From: Tubiluchus corallicola
Lineage: Eukaryota; Animalia; Priapulida
Direction of reading: 5' to 3'
DNA: 64,000 nt
Assembly (NCBI GenBank): GCA_030141605.1
Contig: JAQGDQ010000850.1
Span: 1-64,000 of the forward strand
The notes beneath the pieces were generated by a model. It was not told the DNA's origin. It was given only the letters and a program-made list of their open reading frames with translations, and made no database searches. The position numbers and the translations under genes are program-made. Of this stretch, positions 40,089 to 52,950 are shown piece by piece; the first letter of the stretch is position 1; the number at the start of each line of letters is the position of its first letter.

Positions 40089-40517
40089 CAGGGGCGTGTT
40101 AACCAATAGGCTGACTAGGCTACAGCCTGGGGTGCCAAAGTTTGAGGGGAGCCACTTTGTAGGCGCCCAATTTTAAAAAAATTCTTATTCTCCTTCCTCA
40201 AAAAATGTGTATCCGTTGATAATCATGTAAAAGAAGCAGTAACCCACCACAGGCAGTTATCGAAAACTGTTACTATATAAGTGCTACATAATCAGCCACC
40301 ACAAGCTACTACACAACAAGCAGTTGCCCAGCCTTCTTATATATAAGCACTGTTTATATACACGTAATTAACAATGGCCATGTAGAAATTAGGTTAATAG
40401 TATTACTAATACACCACAAGTAATTGCTTAATCTGCTCAGTACATAAGCAATAATAAATATACAATACAGATGGGCGGGGCAGATCTATCAGCCTAGGGT
40501 GTCGTGATACGCCCCTG
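40089..40517. mobile_element. hAT-type MITE
   Basis: CAGGGGCGT...ACGCCCCTG; TSD TGTATATA/TGTATATC. Confidence 0.8.
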
Positions 40518-40901
40518 TGTATATCTCTGTTCTCAACTAAAACGTATTTGTTGCACAGTGGAAAACTCCGATCAGTAATATTACTGTATGTCAATCCACT
40601 TAGAATAAATAAAGTTTATATATAAATTTGGCTAGGATTAAGGTTTGGAGTTAGGACTAGATTTTTTTCTTATGACTCTTTTCCTCTAACTTTTCCTGTG
40701 ACTTTATTACCTGGATTCCAAACTGTAAGTTACAGAGATATATTAATTCTGTTTGAGATATTTGTCGATAGTTTTGTGTTCAAATTCACACGTATTGTAT
40801 ATGGCAACAGATAACCGGAAACGGAAGTAACAGTAATGCGCGCCACCTAGGCCCAGTTTGAAGAAGCTTATAAAAACAAAAATAAGTTTCAAAATTCTTA
40901 C

Positions 40902-40934
40902 CTGCGTATCCCCACGGCGAGTGACCTTTCTCCT
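40902..40934 (-). CDS. alpha-carbonic anhydrase exon 2 (33 nt)
   Basis: ttttctttcag acceptor; EEKGHSPWGYA (W-x-Y start of the CA domain); G|gtaaga donor. Confidence 0.85.
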
Positions 40935-41477
40935 CTGAAAGAAAAAAATGCGAAGTTTTAACACTGCAAATAATTTCATAATATTTTGTACTATCAGGTG
41001 CCAATAACAGCAAGTACCGCACGTCAAGCGCACCTTTTCCCGCTGGTCCATTGTTTCTTTACGTAGGTTTTTTTATAACTCGGCTGCATAACCGTTCTAT
41101 TACTTTTCTATTTCTACAATTATTTAAGTTTTAGTTTAAATAAATTTGAAATTGAATTGAATTAAACTCTACATGTGTAACTCCATTACAGACTTGTCTG
41201 TAACTGTACTAGCCAAACGATATTGTTTTTATTTACAAAAATGCAGTAACTTATTGTTTTTCGTTTGACATGCGAGGATCGATAGATTTCCAAATTTCTA
41301 AGCTGATTAATCTTCCTTTTTCTCTGCATTTAAATAAGATGCGATTACGTCCAGAAATAATTCGCCCGAAATGCCAAAAATAATCATAATTAATAATACG
41401 CATCTAAGTGACTGGCAAAAAAGTTACACGAAAAAAGTCACAATTATTTTGGCTAGGGTTAGGGATACGGTTGTTTC

Positions 41478-42008
41478 TTTTTTCCTGTAACTTCTGTGAA
41501 TTTTTTTCCTGTAACTTCTGTGACTTTTCTCCTGTAACTTCTGTGAATTTTTTTCCTGTAACTTCTGTGACTTTTCTCTTCTGACTTCTGTGACTTTTCC
41601 TGTAACTTCTGTGACTTTTTTTGTAACTTCTGTCTGTGACTTTTCTCCTGTAATTTCTGTGACTTTTTTCCTGTAACTTCTGTGAATTTTTTCCTGTGGC
41701 TTCTGTGACTTTTCTTGTAACTTCTGTGACTTTTCTCTTCTGACTTCTGTGACTTTTCTCCTGTAACTTCTGTGACTTTTCCTGTAACTACTGGGACTTT
41801 TCTCCTGTAACTTCTGTGACTTTTCTCTTCTGACTTCTGTGACTTTTCCTGTAACTTCTGTGACTTTTTTTATAACTTCTGTCTGTGACCTTTCTCCTGT
41901 AATTTCTGTGACTTTTTTCCTGTAACTTCTGTGAATTTTTTCCTGTAGCTTCTGTGACTTTTCCTGTAACTTCTGTGACTTTGTTTCCTGTAACTTCTGT
42001 GACTTTTT
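41478..42008. repeat. about 20-bp minisatellite (TTTTCCTGTAACTTCTGTGAC) next to a GGCTAGGGTTAGGG motif; Helitron/HINE-like context
   Basis: seen directly; related motifs at 39585-39660 and 40625-40720. Confidence 0.85.
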
Positions 42009-42440
42009 ACGTGGAATCGCGTCTAAAACGCTTGTACCAAAATAATCGCTGTTTAGTATTCAATTGTAATTTGTTTGAGAATCATAAGGAAAAATCTTCA
42101 GAACTAAAAATGCAGCAGCAAAATGCTGCTAATCTGAGTCATTTGCTGACGTATTTCTCCAGCAGTTTTGAGATCAAATTTTAAAAGAACCAACTATACT
42201 AACATCTACGGCACATAGCATAATCTGAAATTGATAACGATTAAAAGAGATCACTTTTGTTTCGTGATTCGTTTAGCATTCCATGTCAATATAAATCAGG
42301 ATTTCAAAACCCCGCGCAGCACATTTTCTACCTTTTGAAACGATTTCTTGTTGTTGTGTTGCTTTTAAAATACGTCAAAACAAATTACAGTGGCAAGTAA
42401 GCATCTAAGTGTAGCATTTGTAAGCATTTTTCAAGTTTAA

Positions 42441-42935
42441 AGGACAAGAATAGGGGCACCTGAAGTAGGTTTCCGAAAAGTCGCCTAGAAAATTTGTGTT
42501 ACTTTACAGCAATTTTATGCACATATCGTATTCGCGTTGGAAGGAATTTTTGTTTGTTTTCATTTTAAATCTCCCGCGATACTGTTCCGACCACGCCATT
42601 ACATGACGTCACTTACGTAAATGTAAATCAGGGGAAGAAAAGGAAATGTTATGTTATGTCCCAAAAACTTTCCATGCAAATCTATATTACTTAGCATTTC
42701 TCGCTTACCAGCTGGAAAGACTTATGTAACTAGAAATAATAATTTAAAATGTTCGTGCCAATTGGTAAAATGTCGCCGATTCACCCTGCAGGGTGCGCCA
42801 CTCGCTAACCCAAAAACGCATTTTTAATCTTATTGACAAGATACAGTAATTTAAAATTTTACTTTTGTGACGTGTGCGCTACGAATGCTTTTTTCAATCT
42901 TCACGCATTGTTATCTAAACTTGTTTCAAACGACC
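42441..42935 (+). mobile_element. Kolobok-like element (family F), partial
   Basis: TTAA|AGGACAAGAATAGGGGCACCTGAAGTAGG start; multi-copy. Confidence 0.7.
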
Positions 42936-43012
42936 TGCCATTAGGCTGGCTGGTTTATGTAAGTGGAGAGTGTTGTTGTGCTTTAATACTGCTGGACAAT
43001 GTCCACGCTTAC

Positions 43013-43253
43013 CGATGTTAGGAAATGAATAAGCAACCGGCTCATATGGAATTTTCAGCAGCTTAAAGAGGCGCTCGAACTCATCGTTACCGCTTCTCTT
43101 CCGAAGTACCTCTTCATGTGAAACGTCCGCAATGTGGCGTTGATGGCCGTCGCGTCTCCAGTTTCGAACTTTATGTTCCCTAATTTGTCTGCGTCCGATT
43201 GTAACACAGGGTAGGAGGATAACAAAGAATATTTCAAAATTTACTAAGCGCAT
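43013..43253 (-). CDS. alpha-carbonic anhydrase exon 1 (signal peptide plus N-terminal extension)
   Basis: ATG; hydrophobic MRLVNFEIFFVILLPCVTIG; G|gtaagc donor, phase 1, compatible with exon 2. Confidence 0.7.
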
Positions 43254-43682
43254 CTTTTGTGATAGTTGTCACTTTCTTAGCTGCATTAGCCTATCGTGTT
43301 TCTATGCGCTGGTTGTAAACACAGCGTGGTTACCATGACACTATGACGCTACAGCGTGGTTACCATGACATTATGACGCTAAGCGTTTGTATTTGTATCA
43401 TAATTGAATCGTGAATTAATTGAGTTGAACTAATTTTAGAGGCATTTTTAACGTACATCCCGAGAAATTTCTACACAAAGTTATATTACTTAGTATTACC
43501 CCTTATTTGCTAGAAAAATTAGAGTAATTAAAAGACAAGAAAAGGGGGGTACCTAAGTAGGTTTCAGAAATTTACATTTTTGCTTAGATGACGAAAAGTG
43601 TTTTGCGAATGCTCTGATCATTTTTTCAAACTTTACACAGTGACTATACCGCTTTAGTGCTGTATGGAAGAGGGAGACTTAA

Positions 43683-44410
43683 AAGACAAGAAAAGGGGGT
43701 ACCGGAAGTAGGTTTCAGAAAATTCGCCTTAAAAAATTAAATTACTTTATAGCAATTTTATACATATATCCTGCTCGCACTGAAAGGAATTTTTATTTGT
43801 TTTCCTTTTAAATCTCCCGCCATACTGTTCCGACGACGCCATTACGTGACGTCACTACGACACGTAAATCAGGGGAAGAAAAGGAAATGTTAAACTATGT
43901 CCCAAAAAACTTTCCGTGCAAAGTTATATTATTTAGCATTTCACGTACCTGCTTAAAAGACTAAAAAAGTAAATTATTAATTATTTAAAATGTTTGCACC
44001 AGCTGGTAAAATGTCACTGACTCACCCGCCAGAGTGCACCACTGATTCACCAAAACGTATTTTTAATCTTATTGACAAGATACAGTAATTTATACCTTTG
44101 CTTACTTAACGAAGAATGTGCTACGAATGCTATAATAAATTTTTCAAATTTGAGTCAATGTTGTTTAAACTTGTGTTAAACGACCTACGGTTGAAATGGC
44201 TCGCTTAGTGATCATTTCAGGAGTTTAGATTTACAGCGTTACTACTAACGCGAGCTCTGTGTGCAATAAGACTGGTACGAAATTTCAACACGAATTTTTA
44301 ATCTTGGTTTGTCAAGAGTATTTTCTTGTGCTTTAAATATTATTGAATCACTAGCGAGAAATAATTAGTTTTTTTTATTTTAATATCAAGATTATTATCA
44401 ACGAGCTTAA
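43683..44410 (+). mobile_element. Kolobok-like element (family F)
   Basis: TTAA|AAGACAAGAAAAGGGGGTACC start; homologous to the other family F copies. Confidence 0.7.
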
Positions 44411-45225
44411 AAACCTACAATTAATTTAATTAGTTAGAATCACTCTAGTGTGAGAAATCTCATATTAGAAGTGCTGAATTCGGTTGACCAGCTATAGGGG
44501 ACGGACTGCCTTGACCACTAGTAGATGTGCTGGGCTAGTGGTATAAGGTGTCCACAATGTAAGCAGAAGGTTCATTTTCTTAGCATTTATATATGTTCAT
44601 TAAAAAAATAAAGGTGCCTGCTTATGGCAGGGTCGGAACCTATCCAGTTATGAAAGTTGATTTTACAATTGAAAATTCTTAATTATCAAGTTTTGGTAAT
44701 CCACCAATCATCTCAGCTCGACACTGAATCAGTTCAGAGCTGCCTTTAAAAAGAAATTTAGCCCACTAACCGGGCTCGGCGATGCTTAACTTCCGTTCCC
44801 AAGCGCATACCGTGACCACTCAGCTGTGTTCAACGCCCGAAATGTAATTGATCGATCAAAATGTCTGTGTAATTGTTTTGTAAATGCATAAAGTCCTTTA
44901 AACGATTCTAAATTCGTGCTGATGGTCGATTTGATCTTCAAATAAACTTCTCGCAGCTTTTTGTGAAAACGGATTGACCCTCAATCGTCCTTCAAGGAGA
45001 AAGGAAGCGGAACTGATGCGCCAAATCGAAAGATGCGCATTCATTGAATGCAAAGAGAATTACTTGTTTTACGTACAGAGATGATTAAAGTGTAAACCAC
45101 GCATGCGTAAAAGGTGGCGATAAATTAAGTTTATGTTTAGTTTATAAAGCAGAGCAGCTGGCTTGCTTATTTTAGTGAATCTCAGTCATCCGCGCTCACT
45201 GGTATAGGAGTGTCTGTTAGCCATT

Positions 45226-45786
45226 GCCTTCATCATTATTGTCATCATCATCATCGTCACCACCACCATCACCGTCATCATCATCGTCGTCGTCACCACC
45301 ATCGTCACCGTCGTCGTCTTCATCATCATCACCACCATCATCACCGTCGTCGTCGTCATCATCATCATCGTCGTCGTCACCACCATCTTCACCGTCATCG
45401 TCGTCATCACCGTCGTCGTCGTCATCATCGTCGTCGTCATCATCACCATCGTCGCCGTCGTCGTCGTCATCATCATTATCATCATCGTCATGGTCATCAA
45501 TACCACCGTCATCATCATTCTTGTCATTACTGTCATGTTCATCGTTGTCATCATCATCATCATCGTCATTATCATCATCGTCATTAACATCAGTACCAGC
45601 ATCATCATCATTCTTGTCATTACTGTCATCATCATCGCTGTCATCATCATCATCGTCGTCATTGTCATCATCGTCATTGTCATCAGTACCACCATCATCA
45701 TCATTCTTGTCATTACAGTCATCGTCATCGTTGTCATCATCATCGTCATCGTCATCGTCATTATAATCGACATCATAATCATCATT
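45226..45786. repeat. (CAT/CGT)n compound microsatellite
   Basis: seen directly in sequence. Confidence 0.9.
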
Positions 45787-47032
45787 TCCTCAGCACCATC
45801 CACGCTTTTGTTGTCATTGAAACAAAGCAGTCAATACAATTTTTTTCCGGATGTAACTGACACAAATGAAATACAAGTATTAAAATGAAATAAAATACAA
45901 TGAAATAAAATTACAATATTAAAATGTAAATACAGGGTTGTAAATTAAGAGCTAAATAGATTTTAGAAACTAATTATATAATATTTTCAGTAGCACTAGA
46001 TATGATAACATTTCCATTTTAGGGACCTGAATGATTTCAATTTTATCAGCTGATAAAATAGACGAGAAAAAGTTTGAGGGGTTTTTTATCTGTGCTTGCT
46101 AACACGCCACAAACAATTTCTTTAGGCAGTAATGTTTGTTTTTGTCTAAATTAAGTCGAATAAAAAAATATTCGACGACTCGAACTCCTGACCGTAATTC
46201 GGTCTCTTGGTTTGTTTGCGTGGGCGTGATAGGGCTAGAAAAAGAATGGCCTGCAAGTTTTGGGCCTGACAAAACGATTTCTACAATTTTGGCTAACTAC
46301 AATGCTTTTACATAAATTTAGGTAACAAATCGCACAAAATATGTAACAAATAACAAATATTTAGCTATTGTATTTGACTGCTTTACCTTACTGTGTAAGA
46401 ACTGGGAAAGATTTACCCTGAGGGGTGAAATTGTCTGCAAAGAATAATAAGTAAGTTCTCCTTCTCTAGATGAGTTCGTTACTCTTCCTCATCTTACATC
46501 ATGTCTAAAAGCTCCTACGAATGTTTTTTCTACCCTATTGTGTGAAAACTTGAACACAATCAGAAAATTTTGCTCCAAACGTTTAGCCCAAAGCCTTCTC
46601 CTGCAGATAAGCTAATTGTTTTAACAGTTCTGGTTTGGGCTCTTGATTTATTGTCGACTCGTAAACGACCATGAGAGAAATACCAGGTTAAAAAAACGTG
46701 TTTGGTTATAATTTTGTTAAAGAAGACAGGTTCTAGCTGCAGTCAATAACAGCTTGTTGAAATCTGGTAAACAAAATCAGCTTTAGGGCGATTTTTGACC
46801 TAAAAACAGGCTCTCGAAATTAGCATACAGCCAACAGGTGAAGTGAAGTGGAACGTCCGCGCATTGTTGATATCATTGATAGCACGGTAGGTGTAAAGGC
46901 CGGCTCTATTACTAAACAAGTCAGGCAGTCGCCTAGGTCGGAAAATTTTTGGGTCGCCAAATTCTGGAAGCATTTCTTCAATTTTTAAGTTTAGTATAAA
47001 CAATAGCATATAATGTAAGTGTAATTCCTTAA

Positions 47033-47576
47033 AGGAAAACCGGACGATTGTGTAAACATGAGTTTAGAATAAAGAATGCTCCAAAATATTGAAAACTACA
47101 ATAGCTTATTTTAAATCAAAGCTTAGATTAAATAATAATTACCTCGGATACTCAAATTTCATTAAACTTTCAAAGCTACGCGCGGCTCAGTGAATTTACT
47201 AAGATTGGCAGCGGCGCCTTTTTGTCACGTTTGCATGGCCGAGCAAATAGAAGGCGGTACCGTGATAAGCATGATCATGAACAGCAGTGTTAGTTTCTGA
47301 CGTCATATGACGTAGAGCCCGTTTTCGTGACATCACGCGTTTAAACAGTAACACTTACGGAAACTTGCTTGACGCGCAAGGGAAGATGCCTGCGATTGCA
47401 CAAACTGTGGTTAGTTTCTGACGTAAGCAATAGCTGTGTTCGGTTGGCGTTAATTAACTTTCTAAGCTAATTATTCAAATATAAGAAACAATTGCTAACT
47501 TTTATAGACAAGAAAATGTATATTTTAAACAGTAAATTAACATGAGATTGAGTCTAAACAATCATCAGGTTTTCCT
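47033..47576. mobile_element. Kolobok-like MITE
   Basis: TTAA|AGGAAAACCGGACGATTG...CAATCATCAGGTTTTCCT|TTAA. Confidence 0.8.
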
Positions 47577-48289
47577 TTAAGTCTACCGTATTAATTAAAT
47601 TGGATTATTTCCCGTCAAAATGTACGGTTCCTCGATACCAGCAAGTACATTAGACAGCAAAACACTCTATTTTCGTTTTATCTGGCTTCATAATTATCTG
47701 GCTTCATTTCATGCAGACATTACTGATTCGTTATGTTGCTTTTGGCCGTAGCTTCTACGAGTGCCAACAGAACGACCCCCCCCTCCCGTTAATAAAACAA
47801 ATACTTTCTTACAATAGAATTTTTCTAACTATGGCAGATAAACTTGTAAGAATCGAAATCTTCGGGATGGAATACAGGAAGCGGAAAGTAAAAATCCTGG
47901 CGAGTCATATATATCTTTTTTTTATTCGTACTCGTGGTACAATCACATGAAGTAAACAAACAGATAAACAAGCAAAATAACATTGATTAACAAGATTAGT
48001 AAACAATGTGAATATGTACAATAAGCCTTTTCATACTTCCAGCAAGTGATGATGATCGTGAAAAGGTCAAAGTTCATACGTGTACCAGGCAACACATTAA
48101 CAAGGTCAGTAAGCAACGTGAATATATACAATTAAGTGAGAGTAAGACACGGCGTACAACTCATTCCTGTCAAAAAAATCAAAACAATTACGTTCTAGAA
48201 CCCATGTAACTTCTTTAATGAAATTTACAATCCGTATTTGTTCATCGCTAGCATTATTTCTTATATATATATTATAAGATTATTATATA

Positions 48290-48708
48290 TATATATAATA
48301 ATCTTTATTTGCCATAAAAATCGATATTCATAACTATAAAAGCATAAAAGAACATCGCAGCATGTTAAAGGCAAATGCGTCCAGTGCAAACTAAAAACTG
48401 CTGTGCCAAAAATTTAAAACAAAAATATACATTATAATATTACACGGAAATTATAATAGACTATATACCATATATACGTATAATTTAAAATGGACGTGGG
48501 TAAATAAAATTTCTGGATGAATATATATTATCGTTTATGTATGTTGGGTTTTCAAAACGATTTAATGTATGTATTTTTAATTTTGATTTGAATTCGTCAA
48601 AGGAACTTGATTTGTTTTAAATTTGATGGCAGGGTATTCCAAAGTTGAACTCCTTGCTTAGTGATAGAACAAGGAGTTCAACTTTGGAATACCCTGCTAT
48701 CAAATTTA
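48290..48708 (-). mobile_element. CR1/L2-group LINE 3' fragment with fold-back at its 5' junction
   Basis: minus strand reads SITKQGVQLWNTLPSNLKQIKFLDEFKSKLKIHTL. Confidence 0.7.
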
Positions 48709-49679
48709 ATGTACAAGATATCTAATGTACAAGAAAAAATTTTAGAAAGAAAATTCTCATTTGTGTAAAAAGTTTTGTACTCGTTAAAAATAGATAACAA
48801 ATTACAACCCGTTATAGAAGAGGCATGAAATCGAGAATTATGTGCAAAGAAACTGGCTATATGATTTTCACTATATAAGCAACTATGGTAAAATTTAACA
48901 AATCGTTGTAAGTGGGGGGAACAATATCACATATCACAATCTGTGTGATTTAGATCTGTGTGATATATAGTACAATGTAGTCATCAATTCAATTTCAGGG
49001 CCTGCAGATAGGTAATTAACTACAATTTATAGTACAGTATAATACACGCATAAGTTTACTACACAAGTACCATTATACTTTAATATGCTATTATATCAGA
49101 AAGATTCAATATTGATAGCGTGGCAAGGGTCTGTTGGGAAGGAGGTTGACCAGTAAGGAGGAGGGGGGCTGAGAATACTTTTGCGTAGGGCGTCAAATTA
49201 CCTAGAGCTGCCCATGAATGGTGTACAGACAATATGGTGATAATACGATAGAAATCCTAGCGCTCGTACGAACCCTAGGAAATGCTAACACAATTTATTA
49301 ATTTAGAATTGTGGATTTCATTCTCCTATTTAATGGATTACTTATTCAAATTTTATCGATATCGACATTTTCATTTCTCTCAGTTTAACTCTGCAACCTC
49401 GATAATATTCATTGAAAGGATTTTTTTAAAAGTCGCCAAACATTTTGAAAATGACGATTTTATCGGTTAGTTAAGTCAGTCTGCAAGCTGTAAAATGAAC
49501 ATTTTTACTGTAGATTTTAAATGAGGGATTTATACACTAACTGTCTGGTTTACACATTTATTTTGTGCCACAAGCTAAAGTGAGTTTATACAGTATGAAC
49601 TCGTAGACAGATGCTCCCAAATTATTGATTTTTACACGACATTAAAACGACTTTCAACTGTTTAAACTATTTGTTTTAA

Positions 49680-50299
49680 AGCAAAACAGACCCAATCTTA
49701 AACTGCAGGTCGAAACAATCTACTCTTTAAATTGTTGAAAGGAAACATAATATTTTTTTTCAAAAATGACTTACGTGAAAGAATTATTACCACACAAACA
49801 CAATTTCACGTTCGCGCCACTAGTTGTTCGCTGTTACATGCATTTCGCCATTCGCTAGTTAGACGGGCACTAGCGCTTGTATCTCAGAAACGCATTGCAC
49901 AAAAAACAGGCTCTGTATCTCTCAGTTCAGATGTGTTAGTTTGTGACGAACTGCACACGTTCGATAGCTCATGCGTGAGCACAGCGGTAAACTTGAAATT
50001 TGAATTTTTATCTTAAAATTTGCCTAGTTTTAGTACAACACACTGAATATCTCACAGTAGCACTGCACTTCAATTTTCGCTTTCGCAAACACGTGCAACA
50101 CGCTCGTAGAATGTTTTTGCTGTTGAAAATTATGTTAGTTTGTGATGCCATCAATAGTTGAGCTCACACGACGCTAATTAAGTTTTTAATCTATTATTTA
50201 ATTATCAGAAAGGCTTTTGCAGTATTAATTGTGTTAAAATGTATACTTTTTAGAGGACTTGAAAACGGGATAGGGTATGAAAAATCATCCTGTCCTCCT
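49680..50299 (+). mobile_element. Kolobok-like MITE (family E)
   Basis: TTAA|AGCAAAACAG...CTGTCCTCCT|TTAA. Confidence 0.78.
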
Positions 50300-50350
50300 T
50301 TAAGTTAGGGTTGTTATAAGTCAGACATTGTTATTTCAGGCTAAACTATC

Positions 50351-51061
50351 GGGACGTTCAGACTAGCAAATTTTCTGTCGAGAGTTTTCTCTCTGACAGC
50401 AAACTCATTAATGAGAACTGTTTTCAAGTTACTGTCGGTAGAAATTGCAAACTCTCGTACGGTTGCTGCGAGTTGATTTACTGTCTAGTGTGAACGCCTC
50501 AGCGTAATATGAACACATCTGCGAGTTACTTGGCAAGTTACTCTAGACACTTCTCGCAGTGAATAGAGAAGTGAGTGGCAGCTCACAATTACTGGCGGAG
50601 AGCAGCTCACAGCATGTTTTGCTCTGTAATATGAACACATCTGCGAGTTACTTGGCGAGTTACTCTGGACACTTCTCGCAGTGAATAGAGAAGTGAGTGT
50701 CAGCTCACAATTACTGTCAGAGAGTAACTCACAGCATGTTTTGCTCTGTAATATGAACACATCTGCGAGTTACTCGGCGAGTTACTCTCGACACTTCTCG
50801 CAGTGAATAGAGAAGTGAGTGTCAGCTCAAAATTACTGTCAGAGAGTAGCTTGCAGCAAGTTTTGCACACTAAACTGAACACGTTTGCAAGTTACTTAAA
50901 AGTTACTCTCGACACTTCTCGCAGTGAACAGAGATGAGAGTGTCAGCTCACAATTACTGGCGGAGAGTAACTCACAGCATGTTTTGCTGTGTAATATGAA
51001 CACATCTGCGAGTTACTTGGCAAGTTAATTTTACCAGAAAACTTGCTAGTGTGAACGCGCC
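50351..51061. mobile_element. PIF/Harbinger-like MITE with an internal tandem repeat of about 123 bp
   Basis: GGGACGTTCAGACTAGCAAATTTTCTG...CAGAAAACTTGCTAGTGTGAACGCGCC. Confidence 0.65.
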
Positions 51062-51349
51062 GTATCATTGTAGAGAAGCTCTGCAGTTTGATGCAAAATA
51101 ATTCCGTCTTAATGGCAGATCTATCCGTCCTGCTATCACAATATCTTCTTCAATGTGCTGTCTGGTCTAGAGCTTGAAACGTCAGAATTATCACGAAAAG
51201 TTGCTTGGTTCAAGACCAGAGTCAGTTCAGGCGTTTTCGCATTCTTTTCATTCCGACCAAATTTAATTTTTATTTTATTTGGTTCCATAAGTTTCATATT
51301 TTATTGTCAAGTTAATATGATCATATGTTAATACTCTCCAAAATTAAAT

Positions 51350-51843
51350 TACGTAATATCATTACTTACATTATGACCGTGATTGGCAGAACGTTCATTA
51401 ACCAATGCATTTTATTCCACGACTGTTCTCACCCATTACGAGTAATGAGTTGAAGAAAGAAAGCAGAAAAAGCAGGCGCTGAAAAATCTTAAACCAACCG
51501 GGTTTTGAACCCGAGACCTGGAGCAGTACGCGCATACTCTGTCAACTGAGTTACCAGCTGAACATGACAGAGCAGGCCCGAGTCACTGTGGCGATGTTGG
51601 ATTGTGTGCTCCAAGGAGGAAATCTTGGGCCTACTCTGTCATCCTGTACTGGTAGCAGCTTATGTGCTGAACATGGCAGTTTTAATACCAGGGTCTCGGG
51701 TTCAATTCCCGCCTGGTTCATCATTTTTCAGGCTCTCCTTTCTCCAACTCTTTACGCAATGCGTAATAATTGTGAAATAAACCACAATGGTTTATGAACA
51801 TTCGGACATTCACAGTCAGAATCTATGTAATTAATGATATCGT
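51350..51843. mobile_element. palindromic element with two divergent tRNA-like heads
   Basis: B boxes GGTTCAAAACC (-) and GGTTCAATTCC (+), each followed by TTTTTCAG; arms are imperfect inverted repeats. Confidence 0.6.
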
Positions 51844-52145
51844 TAATTGTCAGCTAATTTGAAAAAAGACAGTGAGGTAATGTCTTCACGTTGTATGTTC
51901 TAAGCTTCTAAGGACCGTGGCAGGCTACACACGATCAACTTTGGGCGATCAACTTAAATATAACTTGGAAGTCTACTTCTGGTCAACTAGTCTTCCTGAC
52001 TTTTTATCTATAGGTCCAAATACCAGAATAAGAATACTTTTTGTTAAATTTTTTATCGTGTAATTCGCGAGATTTACAATGAACGTAAAAACCTTGCACA
52101 TTTGTGATGACCGTATCTCAAAAATATTCTAGGAAGGAGTTTGTT

Positions 52146-52950
52146 CTAACCCTAACCCTGCTCTAACCCTAACCCTGTTCTAACCCTAGGTCTGCTCTAA
52201 CCCTAACCCTGCTGTAACCCTAAACATGCTCTAACCCTAACCTTGCTCTAACCCTAACCCTGCTCTAACCCTAACCCTGCTGTAACCCTAAACATGCTCT
52301 AACCCTAACCTTGCTCTAACCCTAACCCTGCTCTAACCCTGCTCTAACTCTAACCCTGCTCTAACCCTAACCCTGCTGTAACCCTAAACATGCTCTAACC
52401 CTAACCTTGCTCTAACCCTAACCCTGCTCTAACCCTAACCCTGCTCTAACCCTAACCTTGCTCTAACCCTAACCCTGCTCTAACCCTAACCTTGCTCTAA
52501 CCCTAACCCTGCTCTAACCCTAACCCTGCTCTAACCCTAACCCTGCTCTAACCCTAACCCTGCTCTAACCCTAACCCTGCTCTAACCCTAACCTTGCTCT
52601 AACCCTAACCCTGCTCTAACCCTAACCTTGCTCTAACCCTAACCCTGCTCTAACCCTAACATTGCTCTAACCCTAACCCTGCTCTAACCCTAACCTTGCT
52701 CTAACCCTAACCTTGCTCTAACCCTAACCCTGCTCTAACCCTAACATTGCTCTAACCCTAACCCTGCTCTAACCCTAACCTTGCTCTAACCCTAACATTG
52801 CTCTAACCCTAACCCTAGCTCTGCTCTAACCCTGCTCTAACCCTAACCCTGCTGTAACCCTGAACATGCTCTAACCCTAACCCTGCTCTAACCCTAACCC
52901 TAACCCTAACCTAAACCCTAACCTTGCTCTAACCCCAACCCAAATCCTAA
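52146..52950. repeat. telomere-like 17-bp minisatellite (CTAACCCTAACCCTGCT)n
   Basis: seen directly in sequence. Confidence 0.95.

Noticed and set aside
46630-46700. Helitron helicase motif-like FSHGRLRV...SRA on the minus strand
   Set aside because: Short, weak match with no supporting flanking motifs.
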